The notes under the pieces: generated by a model
Seen by the model: only the letters and a program-made list of their open reading frames with translations
Databases searched by the model: none
What the model was told of the DNA's origin: nothing
Shown: in pieces, positions 26,663-37,052 of the stretch
Layout: the number at the start of each line of letters is the position of its first letter
How positions within the stretch are numbered: the first letter of the stretch is position 1
Position numbers and translations under genes: made by a program
Source of the DNA: Enterobacteria phage mEp021
Sequence record: MH706966
DNA length: 54,655 nucleotides
Strand: one strand, 5' to 3'

Positions 26663-26731
26663 ATGAAATGGCTTGATTTCTTTTTCCTGATTGTTGCGAT
26701 TGTTCTAACCATGACCGCGCTTGCTCAATAG
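26663..26731 (+). CDS. Mini-ORF 4: 22-aa single-TM peptide
   Basis: MKWLDFFFLIVAIVLTMTALAQ; SD aggggg 6 nt upstream. Confidence 0.4.
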   Translation: MKWLDFFFLIVAIVLTMTALAQ

Positions 26732-26800
26732 GTTATGGCTTGGACGCGCATTTTATGCGCTTCCTAAACTTAGTAAGCCAAAGAAAGAGAATGGCAAACA

Positions 26801-26884
26801 ATGAAATATCTATCCAGTTGGTTTGGTGTATCAATATACTTCGCAACATTAATCGAGTGTTTATATATAGTGAATAAATTTTAA
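26801..26884 (+). CDS. Mini-ORF 5: 27-aa hydrophobic peptide (start less certain)
   Basis: MKYLSSWFGVSIYFATLIECLYIVNKF; weaker purine-rich SD (aaagaga) about 10 nt upstream. Confidence 0.3.
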   Translation: MKYLSSWFGVSIYFATLIECLYIVNKF

Positions 26885-26894
26885 GAGGTGAATT

Positions 26895-27380
26895 ATGGCC
26901 CGCACTAAAAAGGCAAAGGCTGACGATAAAAAGACAGCCGCAAAAAGGGTGGGCCGTCCGCATGGTTATACCGAAGAAAAGGCATTAGAGATCTGTGAGC
27001 TGGTGGCGGACGGTCAAAGTATTAACAAGATTTCGAAGATGCCTGATATGCCTGCGCGTTCAACAATCCTTAAATGGTTCAGAGACGTGCCAGAGTTCTC
27101 GGACATGTACATACGCGCGAAGGAGATCGGTTTTGAGGTATTGGCTGATGAGATCATAGATATAGCAGATGCAGCGGAGAACATTGATAAAGACGAATGC
27201 CGCCGCCATCAACTGATGATTGAAACGCGTAAATGGCTATTGGCAAAACTGCAACCGCGTAAATATGGTGAACGCGTCACGCAGGAAATCGTTGGTAACA
27301 GGGAGGAAGCACCCGTCCAGGTAGAAGTCACGAAAGAAGAGATCGCCCGCATCGTCCAGGAAGTAGAAGACGAGGTGTGA
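26895..27380 (+). CDS. Terminase small subunit
   Basis: 161 aa; HTH-like N-terminal domain, position immediately upstream of the large subunit; SD aagaggtga. Confidence 0.6.
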   Translation: MARTKKAKADDKKTAAKRVGRPHGYTEEKALEICELVADGQSINKISKMPDMPARSTILKWFRDVPEFSDMYIRAKEIGFEVLADEIIDIADAAENIDKDECRRHQLMIETRKWLLAKLQPRKYGERVTQEIVGNREEAPVQVEVTKEEIARIVQEVEDEV

Positions 27381-27382
27381 TT

Positions 27383-28861
27383 ATGTTGACAATCAAAGAA
27401 CGAGTTATTCAGTCCAAATGTGAAAACGATGGCCTGTTTTTCAATCGCTATTTCTATAAACAAGCGAATGGAACGAAGATGTTAATCTCAGGCCATCATT
27501 TAGCTATCCGTGATGCACTACAACGCGTTATTAATGGTGAGATAACCCGCCTCATCATTAACATTCCCCCAGGGTACGGTAAAACCATGATCGCAACTAT
27601 CAACATGATGGCGCGGTCCCTCGCAATAAATCCCCGCACAAGATTCCTTCACGTTTCCTATTCCAACAACCTGGCGCTACTCAATTCCTCTACTGTAAGA
27701 AACATGATCTGTACGCCTGAATATCAGGCAATGTGGCCCATGAAGATCCGCAACGATGCAAACTCCAAATCGATGTGGTGGACCGAATACGGTGGCGGCG
27801 TGTATGCAACGTCATCACTTGGTCAGGTGACTGGGTTCCGTGCGGGGTACATGGAATCAGGATTTAACGGCGCGTTAATCATCGACGACCCATTAAAACC
27901 CGCTGACGCTTACTCTGACGTGGTGAGAAAGCAGGTAAACACCAACTATAACGACACACTTGCTTCACGTCTGGCAGTGCAAACAACGCCTGTTATCGTC
28001 ATCATGCAGCGCATCCACTACGATGATTTGTCCGGCTACCTGCTACGCGGTGGGAGCGGTGAAAAGTGGTATCACCTTAACCTGCCAGTGAAGATCGACA
28101 ACAGCATCGACTACTGGGATCTGTACCCTGAAAACGAGTTCGCCATCCCTATCGCTCACAACCTGCCAGATGGCTGGCTATGGCCTAAAAAGCACAATGA
28201 CAACCACGAAGCAGGACTGAAGGCACACAGAAGGTCATTCGAGGCCCAGTACATGCAGCGCCCGCGTAAATTCGACGAAGAGGGTGCATTGTGGACTGAA
28301 GCGATGATAACCGCCGCGCACCGGATGCAGATAACGCAGGAGAAAATTCGCACTGTGATAGCCATCGACCCGGCGACAACGTCATCTGATGAATCAGACG
28401 AAACAGGGATCGTGGCGTGTTCCGCTTATGGTGGCGGTAAGAATGCTCAGTATTCTGTTGATGGCGACTACTCAGGCCGCATGTCTCCTAACGACTGGGC
28501 GCAAGCCTCAATGAACGCCTACAACATCCATGAAGCTGACGCGATAGTTATCGAAACAAACCAGGGCGGCGAAATGGCAGAGGCCACGCTACGCAATGCA
28601 GGATTTAAAGGCCGCATTGTTAAGGTGCACGCAAGTAAAGGTAAATTCGCCCGCGCCGAACCAATATCAGCACTATATGCACAGGGCAGAGTAGCCCACA
28701 CTGGCAGCCTGTACACGCTGGAAAATCAAATGATGGAATACGTGCCAGCTACCGCTAAAAAATCCCCTGACCGTATGGACGCTATGGTGTGGGGCATCAC
28801 TGAACTAAGCCAACCACAGGCAATGGGCCTCATGTTACCGAAGCGCCTGCGCGGATTTTAA
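27383..28861 (+). CDS. Terminase large subunit
   Basis: Walker A-like INIPPGYGKT ATPase motif and C-terminal nuclease-like region; start set at ATG 27383 overlapping the terS stop. Confidence 0.85.
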   Translation: MLTIKERVIQSKCENDGLFFNRYFYKQANGTKMLISGHHLAIRDALQRVINGEITRLIINIPPGYGKTMIATINMMARSLAINPRTRFLHVSYSNNLALLNSSTVRNMICTPEYQAMWPMKIRNDANSKSMWWTEYGGGVYATSSLGQVTGFRAGYMESGFNGALIIDDPLKPADAYSDVVRKQVNTNYNDTLASRLAVQTTPVIVIMQRIHYDDLSGYLLRGGSGEKWYHLNLPVKIDNSIDYWDLYPENEFAIPIAHNLPDGWLWPKKHNDNHEAGLKAHRRSFEAQYMQRPRKFDEEGALWTEAMITAAHRMQITQEKIRTVIAIDPATTSSDESDETGIVACSAYGGGKNAQYSVDGDYSGRMSPNDWAQASMNAYNIHEADAIVIETNQGGEMAEATLRNAGFKGRIVKVHASKGKFARAEPISALYAQGRVAHTGSLYTLENQMMEYVPATAKKSPDRMDAMVWGITELSQPQAMGLMLPKRLRGF

Positions 28862-28918
28862 AATCTGCCTCACAATCACCCGCAAGTTTTTCTATTTTTC
28901 GCGTAGCAACGCGTAAAC

Positions 28919-30310
28919 ATGTATTCAGGAGTAAACATTATATTGCGTTTATTAGATTTGGCGGTTAATGCTGCCTTGTCACAACGTCAGGCGGCCTATG
29001 CCCGCTATGCAGCCGCCAACCCATTCACTATGGGGATAGATGCCAAACGAGATACTGCATGGAGTGAATACGGATTCAAGGAAGAAATCACGTATGACGA
29101 CCTGTACAAACTGTATAGACGCGGTGGTATTGCTCACGGTGCTATTGAGAAAATCATCACGACTTGCTGGCGCACCAGGCCAACGATGATCGAGGGAACA
29201 GAAGACGAGAAAGCGGAAACGGAAACACCCTGGGAAAGAGACATCAAGAAACAGTTTGATAACAGATTTTGGCGCACCATTGCCGAATGTGACCGCCGCC
29301 GCCTCATTGGTCGTTATGCTGGCCTGTTGATTCATGTCAGAGATAGCAAGCCGTGGGATCAGCCAGTGACAAAAGGCGTGGGTATTGCCAAATTTACCCC
29401 GGTATGGGCTGGCGCTCTCACACCGAAGGAGTTCGAAGAAGACCCTAACAGTGAAAACTATGGCCTGCCTACATGGTGGGAATACAAAGAGCGCATAAAC
29501 AGCAAGACCATTGCCAGAAAGATCCACCCTGACCGCATATTTATCTTTGGTGACTATTCTGATGATGCCATCGCCTTCCTTGAACCGTCCTATAACGCCT
29601 TTGTGTCACTTGAGAAAGTGGAAGGCGGTAGCGGTGAATCATTCCTGAAAAACGCTGCCCGCCAGTTAGCTATCTCGTTCGATAAAGAGATTGACTTCCG
29701 CTCCCTTGCTGCAACATACGGATGCGACGTCACAGAGCTACGCGAAAGATTCAATGAGGCTGCGGCTGAAATGAATAAGGGTAACGATGTGATGATGGCA
29801 TTACAGGGGGCGACAGTAAGCCCGCTGGTGACTGCCGTATCTGACCCGTCGGCAACCTATGACGTCAACCTGCAAACCGCCGCCGCTGGTATTGATATTC
29901 CAACCCGCATCCTGGTTGGGAACCAGCAGGGGGAACGCGCATCAACCGAAGACCTCCGCTACTTCAACAGTCGCTGCATGACCCGCAGGGAGGAAATCGG
30001 GGGTGAGCTTGAAGATCTGTTTCGCAAGATGGCAGATCTCCGCCTTATCAGTATGCCAGTCGATGTATCAGTTTTATGGGACGACCTGAACGCCATGACC
30101 AAAGCCGAACTACTGGAAGCGGCATACAAAATGGCACAAATCAATCAGGCTTGTCTGGCTACTGGTGAAGAAATATTTAGCGGTGATGAGATCCGCGAGG
30201 CTGCCGGATACGATGGCCCTGCCAGTGTAGTAGAAACGGAAGAGGAAAACGATGATGAAGGTGAAGAAGATAATCAGGCGAATACCTCCAGCCGCGATAA
30301 TGCCATCTAA
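28919..30310 (+). CDS. Portal protein (start uncertain)
   Basis: 463 aa; position after the terminase, acidic C-terminus; no SD at the annotated ATG, which lies inside a conserved 31-bp element. Confidence 0.65.
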   Translation: MYSGVNIILRLLDLAVNAALSQRQAAYARYAAANPFTMGIDAKRDTAWSEYGFKEEITYDDLYKLYRRGGIAHGAIEKIITTCWRTRPTMIEGTEDEKAETETPWERDIKKQFDNRFWRTIAECDRRRLIGRYAGLLIHVRDSKPWDQPVTKGVGIAKFTPVWAGALTPKEFEEDPNSENYGLPTWWEYKERINSKTIARKIHPDRIFIFGDYSDDAIAFLEPSYNAFVSLEKVEGGSGESFLKNAARQLAISFDKEIDFRSLAATYGCDVTELRERFNEAAAEMNKGNDVMMALQGATVSPLVTAVSDPSATYDVNLQTAAAGIDIPTRILVGNQQGERASTEDLRYFNSRCMTRREEIGGELEDLFRKMADLRLISMPVDVSVLWDDLNAMTKAELLEAAYKMAQINQACLATGEEIFSGDEIREAAGYDGPASVVETEEENDDEGEEDNQANTSSRDNAI

Positions 30311-31196
30311 CACAGAAGACCCTACCATGACAGGGAAGTTAAGGTCAGGCGCTATCAAGCGTTTTAAAGCCTGCCTTAAGAAAGTGGCGGATCCATATAT
30401 TGCCATACTGGACAGAATGCAATACAGCCTTGCTGTTAATAAGAAATACACCTTTCAGATCTACATTGACGAATTACATGACTTACTGGAAGACGCCAGC
30501 GACATGATTGATGAGATATTCGAGTTAACAGACCCGGAAAACTTCTGGTTCTGGCAAGAATATGTGAAGGTGGCATATCAACGCGGCACTTCTCAGGAAT
30601 ATGCCAACCTCGCTAATCAGTCAGTCACATATTCCAGGGCTTATCCTGAAGTGTCAGCGGTATTAACCAGCCAGACCTATCGCACGCGTCTTGCCCTGGT
30701 CCGTACCCGTGTATTTGAAGAGATGCGCGGGCTGACGGCACAGATCAAGAAGGATATGGCCCGCCGATTAACTGAAGGCATGGCCCGTGGTTTAAACCCG
30801 CTTGAAATAGCGCGTACATTGCAGCAGGAAACGCAATTACCGCTATACAGGTGCAAACGTATTGCCCGTACTGAAATATGCACAGCGTTACGCACAGCGC
30901 GTATGGATGAGGCAGAAGCGGCGACGGAAGAGCTTAACTTGCGCACTATGCAAATGCACATTTCGGCATTGTCACCGACTACCAGGCTATCACACGCACA
31001 GCGACACGGGAAAACATACACCATAGAAGAGCAGCGCGAATGGTGGAGTAGATCCCCTAATTCAATTAACTGCAAATGTAGCACTATTACCGTGATGGTT
31101 GATGAGTCTGGTAATATATTAAACAAACGAATATTAGATCGGGCGCAAGAAAACTATAAGGTTGCGCACGCTAAATATGGCGAAGATTGGGAGTAA
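30300..31196 (+). CDS. Head morphogenesis / minor head protein (Mu F / SPP1 gp7-like)
   Basis: Position after portal; start ambiguous between 30252 and 30300. Confidence 0.5.
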   Translation: MPSNTEDPTMTGKLRSGAIKRFKACLKKVADPYIAILDRMQYSLAVNKKYTFQIYIDELHDLLEDASDMIDEIFELTDPENFWFWQEYVKVAYQRGTSQEYANLANQSVTYSRAYPEVSAVLTSQTYRTRLALVRTRVFEEMRGLTAQIKKDMARRLTEGMARGLNPLEIARTLQQETQLPLYRCKRIARTEICTALRTARMDEAEAATEELNLRTMQMHISALSPTTRLSHAQRHGKTYTIEEQREWWSRSPNSINCKCSTITVMVDESGNILNKRILDRAQENYKVAHAKYGEDWE

Positions 31197-32473
31197 TAAC
31201 CGTGAGTAAAGAATTAATTCAGGTTAATACCAAATTAACCGCTAATACCATCCGCCGGGAAACGTATAACGGGCGTGAGCATATTGTTGTTCCGTCTTAT
31301 ACGTTACCCTTCAATATCGTTATGAATCGTGAATATTACCCGGAAGCTGAAATTATCGCTAATTATCAATCTCTGGAAGGCACGCTCGCACCGCTGGGTC
31401 ATCCTACGGTTGACGGTGAATTTGTTTCCGCATTTAGCCCGGAAGGTCTGAATATTGGCTTTTGTGGGGCATGGAACAGAAATGTTGAATTACGCGGCAA
31501 TCGTGTTTATGTGGAAAAATGGGTTGATGTTGAAACAGCCAGCCATTCAGAACAGGGCCGAGAATTATTAAGCCGAATTGAAGCGCTGGAAAAAGGCGAA
31601 AGCAAAGATCCGATCTGGTCATCCGTAGCCGTATATCGTCAGCGTATGCCAGCTACCGAAGAAATGAAAGCCCAGGGTGCTGACAGCGTTGTCAAAATTA
31701 TGTCGATTGACCATGATGCTATCTTACTGCATGAACCGCCAGCCGCATCGCCAGAACAGGGCGTTGGCCTGATGGTTAACACTGACCAGGCGAAGCCGTT
31801 AATGGCGGTGGCAATGAAAGAAAACAGCTATCGCACGCTTGAAAGACAATTGGAAGAAGCTGCGCGTGAACTGTTCCACGATGCAGATTATGTCTATGTT
31901 GTGGACTTCACAGATAAAGAAGTGACGATTGCCACTAATACCGAAAGTGCTCAAGTTTGCACATATGAAAAACAGGCTGATAAAATTATCTCTGATAATG
32001 GCGAGCTTGCAACCAATGAGGAAAGCAAATCCTGGTTTACGCAGTTCGCCGAACACCTTTCTAATCTTTTCTCCCTGAATGAAAAAATAAAGGCCAATAA
32101 ATCGGAGGACGATCCCATGCCTTTGACCAAAGAAGAACGCGCCGAACTGGTAAAAGAAATTAACGAAGGTTTAGCCGCTAATATCGCTAATGCAGTAGCA
32201 GAGGCATTAAAACCAGTACAGGCAAGCGTTGAAGAATTACAGACCAACCAGAAAGCGATTAAAGAAGAGATCGCAGCAAACGCAAATAAAGAAGTAGCAG
32301 AAAAACGCGCCGCAGTAGCAAAAGTTCACGGCGAAATTGTTGCTAACGCTTTAAGCGGTGAAGCGTTAGAAGCAATGTTTAAATCCCTGGGTAAAGCAGC
32401 ACCAATGGCAGCAAACTCAGCCGCTGGTGGAAATAAACCTGCCACCCCTGACATTAACAACTATTTCGCATAA
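31187..32473 (+). CDS. Scaffold-like head protein with coiled-coil C-terminus
   Basis: 428 aa; alanine/lysine/glutamate-rich helical C-terminal half; position before the capsid genes; possible GTG start at 31202. Confidence 0.45.
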   Translation: MGVITVSKELIQVNTKLTANTIRRETYNGREHIVVPSYTLPFNIVMNREYYPEAEIIANYQSLEGTLAPLGHPTVDGEFVSAFSPEGLNIGFCGAWNRNVELRGNRVYVEKWVDVETASHSEQGRELLSRIEALEKGESKDPIWSSVAVYRQRMPATEEMKAQGADSVVKIMSIDHDAILLHEPPAASPEQGVGLMVNTDQAKPLMAVAMKENSYRTLERQLEEAARELFHDADYVYVVDFTDKEVTIATNTESAQVCTYEKQADKIISDNGELATNEESKSWFTQFAEHLSNLFSLNEKIKANKSEDDPMPLTKEERAELVKEINEGLAANIANAVAEALKPVQASVEELQTNQKAIKEEIAANANKEVAEKRAAVAKVHGEIVANALSGEALEAMFKSLGKAAPMAANSAAGGNKPATPDINNYFA

Positions 32474-32484
32474 GAGGTGAAATT

Positions 32485-32886
32485 ATGGCCCGTTTTCGTC
32501 GTGTAAATATTGACGGTAAATCCGTTACTGAAACCGCAGTATCTGCCGCAGCACTTAAGCCTGGCACCCCGGTAAAAATGGCGTCTGGTAAATTCGCTGC
32601 CGCAACTGATACCACAGGACGTATTTATGTTGTTAATCCGGCATACCATGAAGGTTTAGGCATTGAAGATGCGATCCCGGTTGGTCATTCCGTGGTTGCT
32701 GACTACGCAGAAGAAGGACGCGAATTTGCAATTCTGCTTCCTGAAGGTACTTACACCAAAGACGCTGCCATCACCATCGGTGAAGGTGGGTTCAAATTGG
32801 TAGCATCTGATGAACCGGTTTTCGCTTTCTGCCAGGAAACTGTAACCCTTGAAGCGGCTGATTTTGTACGTGTCCGCGTTGCATAA
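32485..32886 (+). CDS. Head accessory protein (possible decoration or cement protein)
   Basis: 133 aa; strong SD; sits between the scaffold and the major capsid gene. Confidence 0.4.
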   Translation: MARFRRVNIDGKSVTETAVSAAALKPGTPVKMASGKFAAATDTTGRIYVVNPAYHEGLGIEDAIPVGHSVVADYAEEGREFAILLPEGTYTKDAAITIGEGGFKLVASDEPVFAFCQETVTLEAADFVRVRVA

Positions 32887-32905
32887 TAATAAGAGGTGAA
32901 AAACT

Positions 32906-33958
32906 ATGTTGTTTAATAAACACAACCTTGCTACCAACAGCCGCATTCGTGCTCAGTGGGATCACCTTTGGGCGCAGCGCAACATGTTCAATGATCGTGA
33001 CGGCGCTCTTATTGCCGCAAATATGGCAAACATGACCGCTGACATCCTGGCATGTAATGCCGTTGGCGGCTTCGATCAGGAATTCTGGAAAGCTATCGAT
33101 AACCAGATTATCGAAATGAGCACCGAAGAGACTGGCATCGAAATTGTAAACGACCTGATGGCTGTTCAAACCGTATTACCAATCGGTAAAACCGAGAAAA
33201 TGTACAGCGTATCCGGTGATATTAACGATGAAGTTGTCGTTAGTATTGATGGTCAAGCGCCACACGGCTTTGATCACACCGAATACGGTAGCGATGGCGA
33301 CCCGATCCCGATGTTCACAGCGGGTTACGGTGTCAACTGGCGTCATTCCGAAGGTCTGAAAACTGCGGGTATTGACCTTGCACTGGATAGCCAGCGCCTG
33401 AAACTGCAAAAATTCAACAAAGCCCGCGTTGATTATTACCTTAACGGTAACGCAAAAATCAACGTCAACGGTAAACCGGGCCAGGGTATTAAAAATCACC
33501 GTAATACCCAACAGCTGGTAATGACCTCCGAAGACCTCACCACTGACGGATTTGACGATCTCATCAAATTCTTCACCACTGGTGCATTCGGTGTAATGGC
33601 CCGCAATAACCGTGTTGATCAGTATGACATCATGTGGGTGTCCCCTGAAATTATGGCTAACATGGCGGCGCCGCACATTGCTAACGGTACTGTTGTTGGT
33701 ACTGTACTGAATATCGTTAAACCGTTCATTCCGGTTAAAGAAATCCGTCAGACCTTTGCACTGAAAGGCAACGAGTTCATTGCTTACCAACGCCGTCGCA
33801 ACGTCATTACCCCGCTGGTTGGTATGACCACTGGTGTTGTCCCAATGCCGCGCTTTATGCCTACCGATAACTACAACTTCAAAATCATGTCTGCCGAAGG
33901 CTTACAAATCACCTGCGACATGCTGGGCCGTTCCGGTGTTGTTTACGGTCACAAATAA
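32906..33958 (+). CDS. Major capsid protein
   Basis: 350 aa; strong SD; position; followed by a strong terminator, as expected for a highly expressed gene. Confidence 0.55.
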   Translation: MLFNKHNLATNSRIRAQWDHLWAQRNMFNDRDGALIAANMANMTADILACNAVGGFDQEFWKAIDNQIIEMSTEETGIEIVNDLMAVQTVLPIGKTEKMYSVSGDINDEVVVSIDGQAPHGFDHTEYGSDGDPIPMFTAGYGVNWRHSEGLKTAGIDLALDSQRLKLQKFNKARVDYYLNGNAKINVNGKPGQGIKNHRNTQQLVMTSEDLTTDGFDDLIKFFTTGAFGVMARNNRVDQYDIMWVSPEIMANMAAPHIANGTVVGTVLNIVKPFIPVKEIRQTFALKGNEFIAYQRRRNVITPLVGMTTGVVPMPRFMPTDNYNFKIMSAEGLQITCDMLGRSGVVYGHK

Positions 33959-33977
33959 TTTCCTTATTTCCTGTAAC

Positions 33978-34008
33978 TCCCCGGCGCAATGCCGGGGATT
34001 TTTTTTGT
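33978..34008 (+). terminator. Rho-independent terminator after the major capsid gene
   Basis: Hairpin tccccggc-gcaat-gccgggga followed by a T-run of 9. Confidence 0.75.
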
Positions 34009-34024
34009 ATGTGGAGCAAACAAA

Positions 34025-34411
34025 ATGGTCACTACAGAACAGGCGCGGGAATATCTTGAAAGCCAGGGTATTGACCTGCCAGACATTATCTTATCCTTGC
34101 TGGTGGAGCAGGCAAACAGCGTTAACGAATGCCTTGATGCCAACTATCCGGCCTCCACTGCAACATTAATTCAACTTTATCTGATTGGCCTGTCAGGACT
34201 AACCCAGGCTAACAAATACGTTTCCTCGCAGACTGGTCCGAACGGTGCAAGCCAGTCATACCGCTATGTCGATTTTAATAAAAAATGGAAGGCGGCCTAT
34301 TCGTTGCTTTATTCCCTGGACAAACATCACTGTACAGCAGAACTAATTCCACCAGATCCAGAAAACACCGCGCACGCCGGGCTGTGGATAGGTAAAAGCG
34401 GGAGGATGTAA
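34025..34411 (+). CDS. Head-tail joining / head completion protein (by position)
   Basis: Start at the internal ATG downstream of the terminator. Confidence 0.4.
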   Translation: MVTTEQAREYLESQGIDLPDIILSLLVEQANSVNECLDANYPASTATLIQLYLIGLSGLTQANKYVSSQTGPNGASQSYRYVDFNKKWKAAYSLLYSLDKHHCTAELIPPDPENTAHAGLWIGKSGRM

Positions 34412-34413
34412 CA

Positions 34414-34599
34414 ATGTGGAATGACCTGACATTACCGAATCCGTTATTACCGAAACCGTTTACCCGCGTATGGGTGCAGACTGATACCGGGAGGCAGGTG
34501 GCGGCATATCTTAATGACGCTGGCGAATGGGTGATTCTATGCCCGCGCGTGGCGAAAACCCATCCGAAAATCATCAAATGGAGTTGCGGATATGAGTAA
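34414..34599 (+). CDS. Hypothetical structural protein (61 aa)
   Basis: ORF in a packed structural operon. Confidence 0.35.
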   Translation: MWNDLTLPNPLLPKPFTRVWVQTDTGRQVAAYLNDAGEWVILCPRVAKTHPKIIKWSCGYE

Positions 34600-34960
34600 G
34601 ATCGCGAGATTCAGCTATAAGGCATTAGCCACCATTTACCCCGTGACGCGTGACGACTGGACAAACTCCGACGTATACGGAACGCCATACCTGATTGATT
34701 GTGCATGGGAACGCACTGACGGAACCGCAACAGACGCAAACGGGAATGAGGTTAGCAACACAATAACCGTATATACCGAACTGCTTCACAAGATGCAGCC
34801 AGTACAGCGCCCGGAAAAAGGGTGGATGCTTGCCACTGGTGACACTACTGCTATTGCTGACCCGCTGGCGGCTGGGGCCAACTTTATAACCGGGATCGTT
34901 GAATGGGACATGAGCATGTTTAACGACACGCCGGACTATAAGATCGTCACAGGAGGTTAA
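34592..34960 (+). CDS. Head-tail connector protein (by position)
   Basis: 122 aa; packed operon. Confidence 0.4.
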   Translation: MSKIARFSYKALATIYPVTRDDWTNSDVYGTPYLIDCAWERTDGTATDANGNEVSNTITVYTELLHKMQPVQRPEKGWMLATGDTTAIADPLAAGANFITGIVEWDMSMFNDTPDYKIVTGG

Positions 34961-34962
34961 TT

Positions 34963-35403
34963 ATGCCTATTAGGGGCGTCAAACGTGTCAGGGAGCGATT
35001 AAAGCAGGAGCTAAAGGAAATCACAGATAAGAAAACTTATGAGGTGTTATGGCGAGTAGGGATGCTGGCTGGTGGCTTCGCAGCGAACATGACCCCAGTT
35101 GACACGGGTTTTTTAATTAACAGTCAATTTCAGTATATAGGTAACACGGCGGAGGGTATGCAATTACGACTGGGGTATACGGCCCGTTACGCTGAATGGG
35201 TGCATGACATGCCGGGTAAATTAAAAGGCCAGCCGCGTAAACATTTCGGCAAAACCAGAGAAGGCGTAGAATTTGGCGGCGGTACTGGTAAGGGTAATTA
35301 TTGGGACCCAAACGCGGAGCCGGAATTTTTGCGTAATGCATTTGAAGATCCAAACAACGCTGACGATATTTATAAAACGATTATAGAAGGTTACAAAACA
35401 TGA
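34963..35403 (+). CDS. Head-tail connector / tail completion protein (by position)
   Basis: 146 aa; packed operon. Confidence 0.4.
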   Translation: MPIRGVKRVRERLKQELKEITDKKTYEVLWRVGMLAGGFAANMTPVDTGFLINSQFQYIGNTAEGMQLRLGYTARYAEWVHDMPGKLKGQPRKHFGKTREGVEFGGGTGKGNYWDPNAEPEFLRNAFEDPNNADDIYKTIIEGYKT

Positions 35404-35786
35404 AACGCAGCGAGGTTTACGACGAAATAAGGGATTGGATTAAATCCCACGGGTACGACGAAGGTTATATTTTGCAGGCCCGTTTCTGGAATGAGCGATC
35501 CAATTCGAATAACAGCAGATATATTGTCATACAGCAAAACGGCGGAGCGGCGGGAGAAGAGGCGATAACCCGCGACTATTTCCGCATCCTGGTTATTTCG
35601 GCGCGTAATGACGCAAATATCAGTGAAGTGGAAGATCTCGCCGATGCAATACGGCAAAGTATGATAACAGAGTATAAAACTGATAAAATTACATACATGA
35701 AGCCAGTAGGCGCTATTCCTGCAATGCAGACAAGAGAAGGGCGCTTTATTTTTACCGTAGCTTTTCAAACCATCATATCAAGATAA
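35400..35786 (+). CDS. Tail completion protein (by position)
   Basis: 128 aa; packed operon. Confidence 0.4.
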   Translation: MKRSEVYDEIRDWIKSHGYDEGYILQARFWNERSNSNNSRYIVIQQNGGAAGEEAITRDYFRILVISARNDANISEVEDLADAIRQSMITEYKTDKITYMKPVGAIPAMQTREGRFIFTVAFQTIISR

Positions 35787-35799
35787 GAGGTAACTAAAC

Positions 35800-36276
35800 A
35801 TGTCTCAGACTTGTGATAAAGGTTCGTTCTTAGGCCGCGACGTTGCCGTATTTTACGCTATCGCTTGCCCTAATGCGAAACCTGAAGAAAGCGCTTATAA
35901 AGCGTTAGGCATGATGCGTGGCAAATCTCTTTCCGTAGAATGGGAAACCGCAGACGCCACCGCTGATAAATCAGCAGACTACACCAAAGAATCACTGGTA
36001 ACTTACAAATCTGTTGCCTTCTCAGGTGACGGCGTATCACGCACCGAAGAGATCTACAATCAGAAAGCACTTAAACGCCACGTTATTAACCCTGGCGAAA
36101 CAACTGGTGCGCAGCCTTACGTCTGGTTGAAACTCGTTTCCCCGCTCGACGTAACAGAAGGCCCGTTTCTTTGCACCTCCTTTAAAGAAGAGGATCCGCA
36201 CGACGATGTGTCCACTTGGTCCATTGAATGCGAAAGCGCTGGCAAAGTCACGGTAGGTGACGTTCCGTCAGTGTAA
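35800..36276 (+). CDS. Major tail protein (by position and size)
   Basis: 158 aa; strong SD; followed by a terminator hairpin. Confidence 0.45.
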   Translation: MSQTCDKGSFLGRDVAVFYAIACPNAKPEESAYKALGMMRGKSLSVEWETADATADKSADYTKESLVTYKSVAFSGDGVSRTEEIYNQKALKRHVINPGETTGAQPYVWLKLVSPLDVTEGPFLCTSFKEEDPHDDVSTWSIECESAGKVTVGDVPSV

Positions 36277-36293
36277 CAATAAATATTAACATC

Positions 36294-36320
36294 GGGGCCA
36301 TTTGGCCCCTTTATTTTTTA
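36294..36320 (+). terminator. Rho-independent terminator after the major tail gene
   Basis: Hairpin ggggcc-attt-ggcccc followed by tttatttttta. Confidence 0.7.
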
Positions 36321-36331
36321 TGGTGACAGTT

Positions 36332-37012
36332 ATGATTCATGTTCGAACCGGACAATTTGCGGTCGTTGTTGATGGCAGACGTTACGAGTTCAACCCATGC
36401 TTTGCTGCAATGGCTAAGATCGGCAGTGACAGGGAACTGGTTGAATATTTCGCAACTGTGCACGGTGGCAAATACCCACAGCGTTTGCCAACGGATCCAG
36501 ACCTCCGCAATCGCATTATGGCGCGTTGTTATGGTGAGTTAGTGCAAACGTCCATCCACGTCCTGAAATGTTGCTCAGAATGCGAAATAGGCCAGTTATT
36601 GGGCGAATGCAGCTTTACTCCTTCGGGTAAGTTGAGACTGAAACCTGGGTTGATGCCCACCAGCGACGTTATCACACTGGCGCAACACTGCATGTATCAC
36701 GGTTTGATTGGTGACGGACCAGATGAGGACACTGGCGAGGAGCAGGAAGGAGACTATAAACAGACGTTTGACATCCTTGAATACGTTTACTCCGCTGTTG
36801 CTCACCTGGGATTGTCTGAATCTGAAGCATGGGGCATGACAATGACCGGATACAGGGCCGCTGTACGCGCTAAAACGCCACCAGACGAAAGAAACGAGAA
36901 ACGTAAGCCAAACGTTCATATAAATAAACGTGATTATGATGAGCAAATGGAGGCAGCTAAAAGGGTGCTGGAATTGATGAAAAAACGCGAGCAAGAAAAA
37001 GCCCGGGGTTAG
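36332..37012 (+). CDS. Tail assembly chaperone (G/GT-like by position)
   Basis: Position between the major tail gene and the tape measure gene; start moved downstream of the terminator. Confidence 0.4.
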   Translation: MIHVRTGQFAVVVDGRRYEFNPCFAAMAKIGSDRELVEYFATVHGGKYPQRLPTDPDLRNRIMARCYGELVQTSIHVLKCCSECEIGQLLGECSFTPSGKLRLKPGLMPTSDVITLAQHCMYHGLIGDGPDEDTGEEQEGDYKQTFDILEYVYSAVAHLGLSESEAWGMTMTGYRAAVRAKTPPDERNEKRKPNVHINKRDYDEQMEAAKRVLELMKKREQEKARG

Positions 37013-37052
37013 CCGGGCGTTATATGTCGATGATGCTTTTTGATGGTGCCAA

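Noticed and set aside
32656-33790. Minus-strand ORFs of 96-204 aa overlapping the head accessory and major capsid genes
   Set aside because: Antisense to well-supported structural genes in a packed operon; no SDs.
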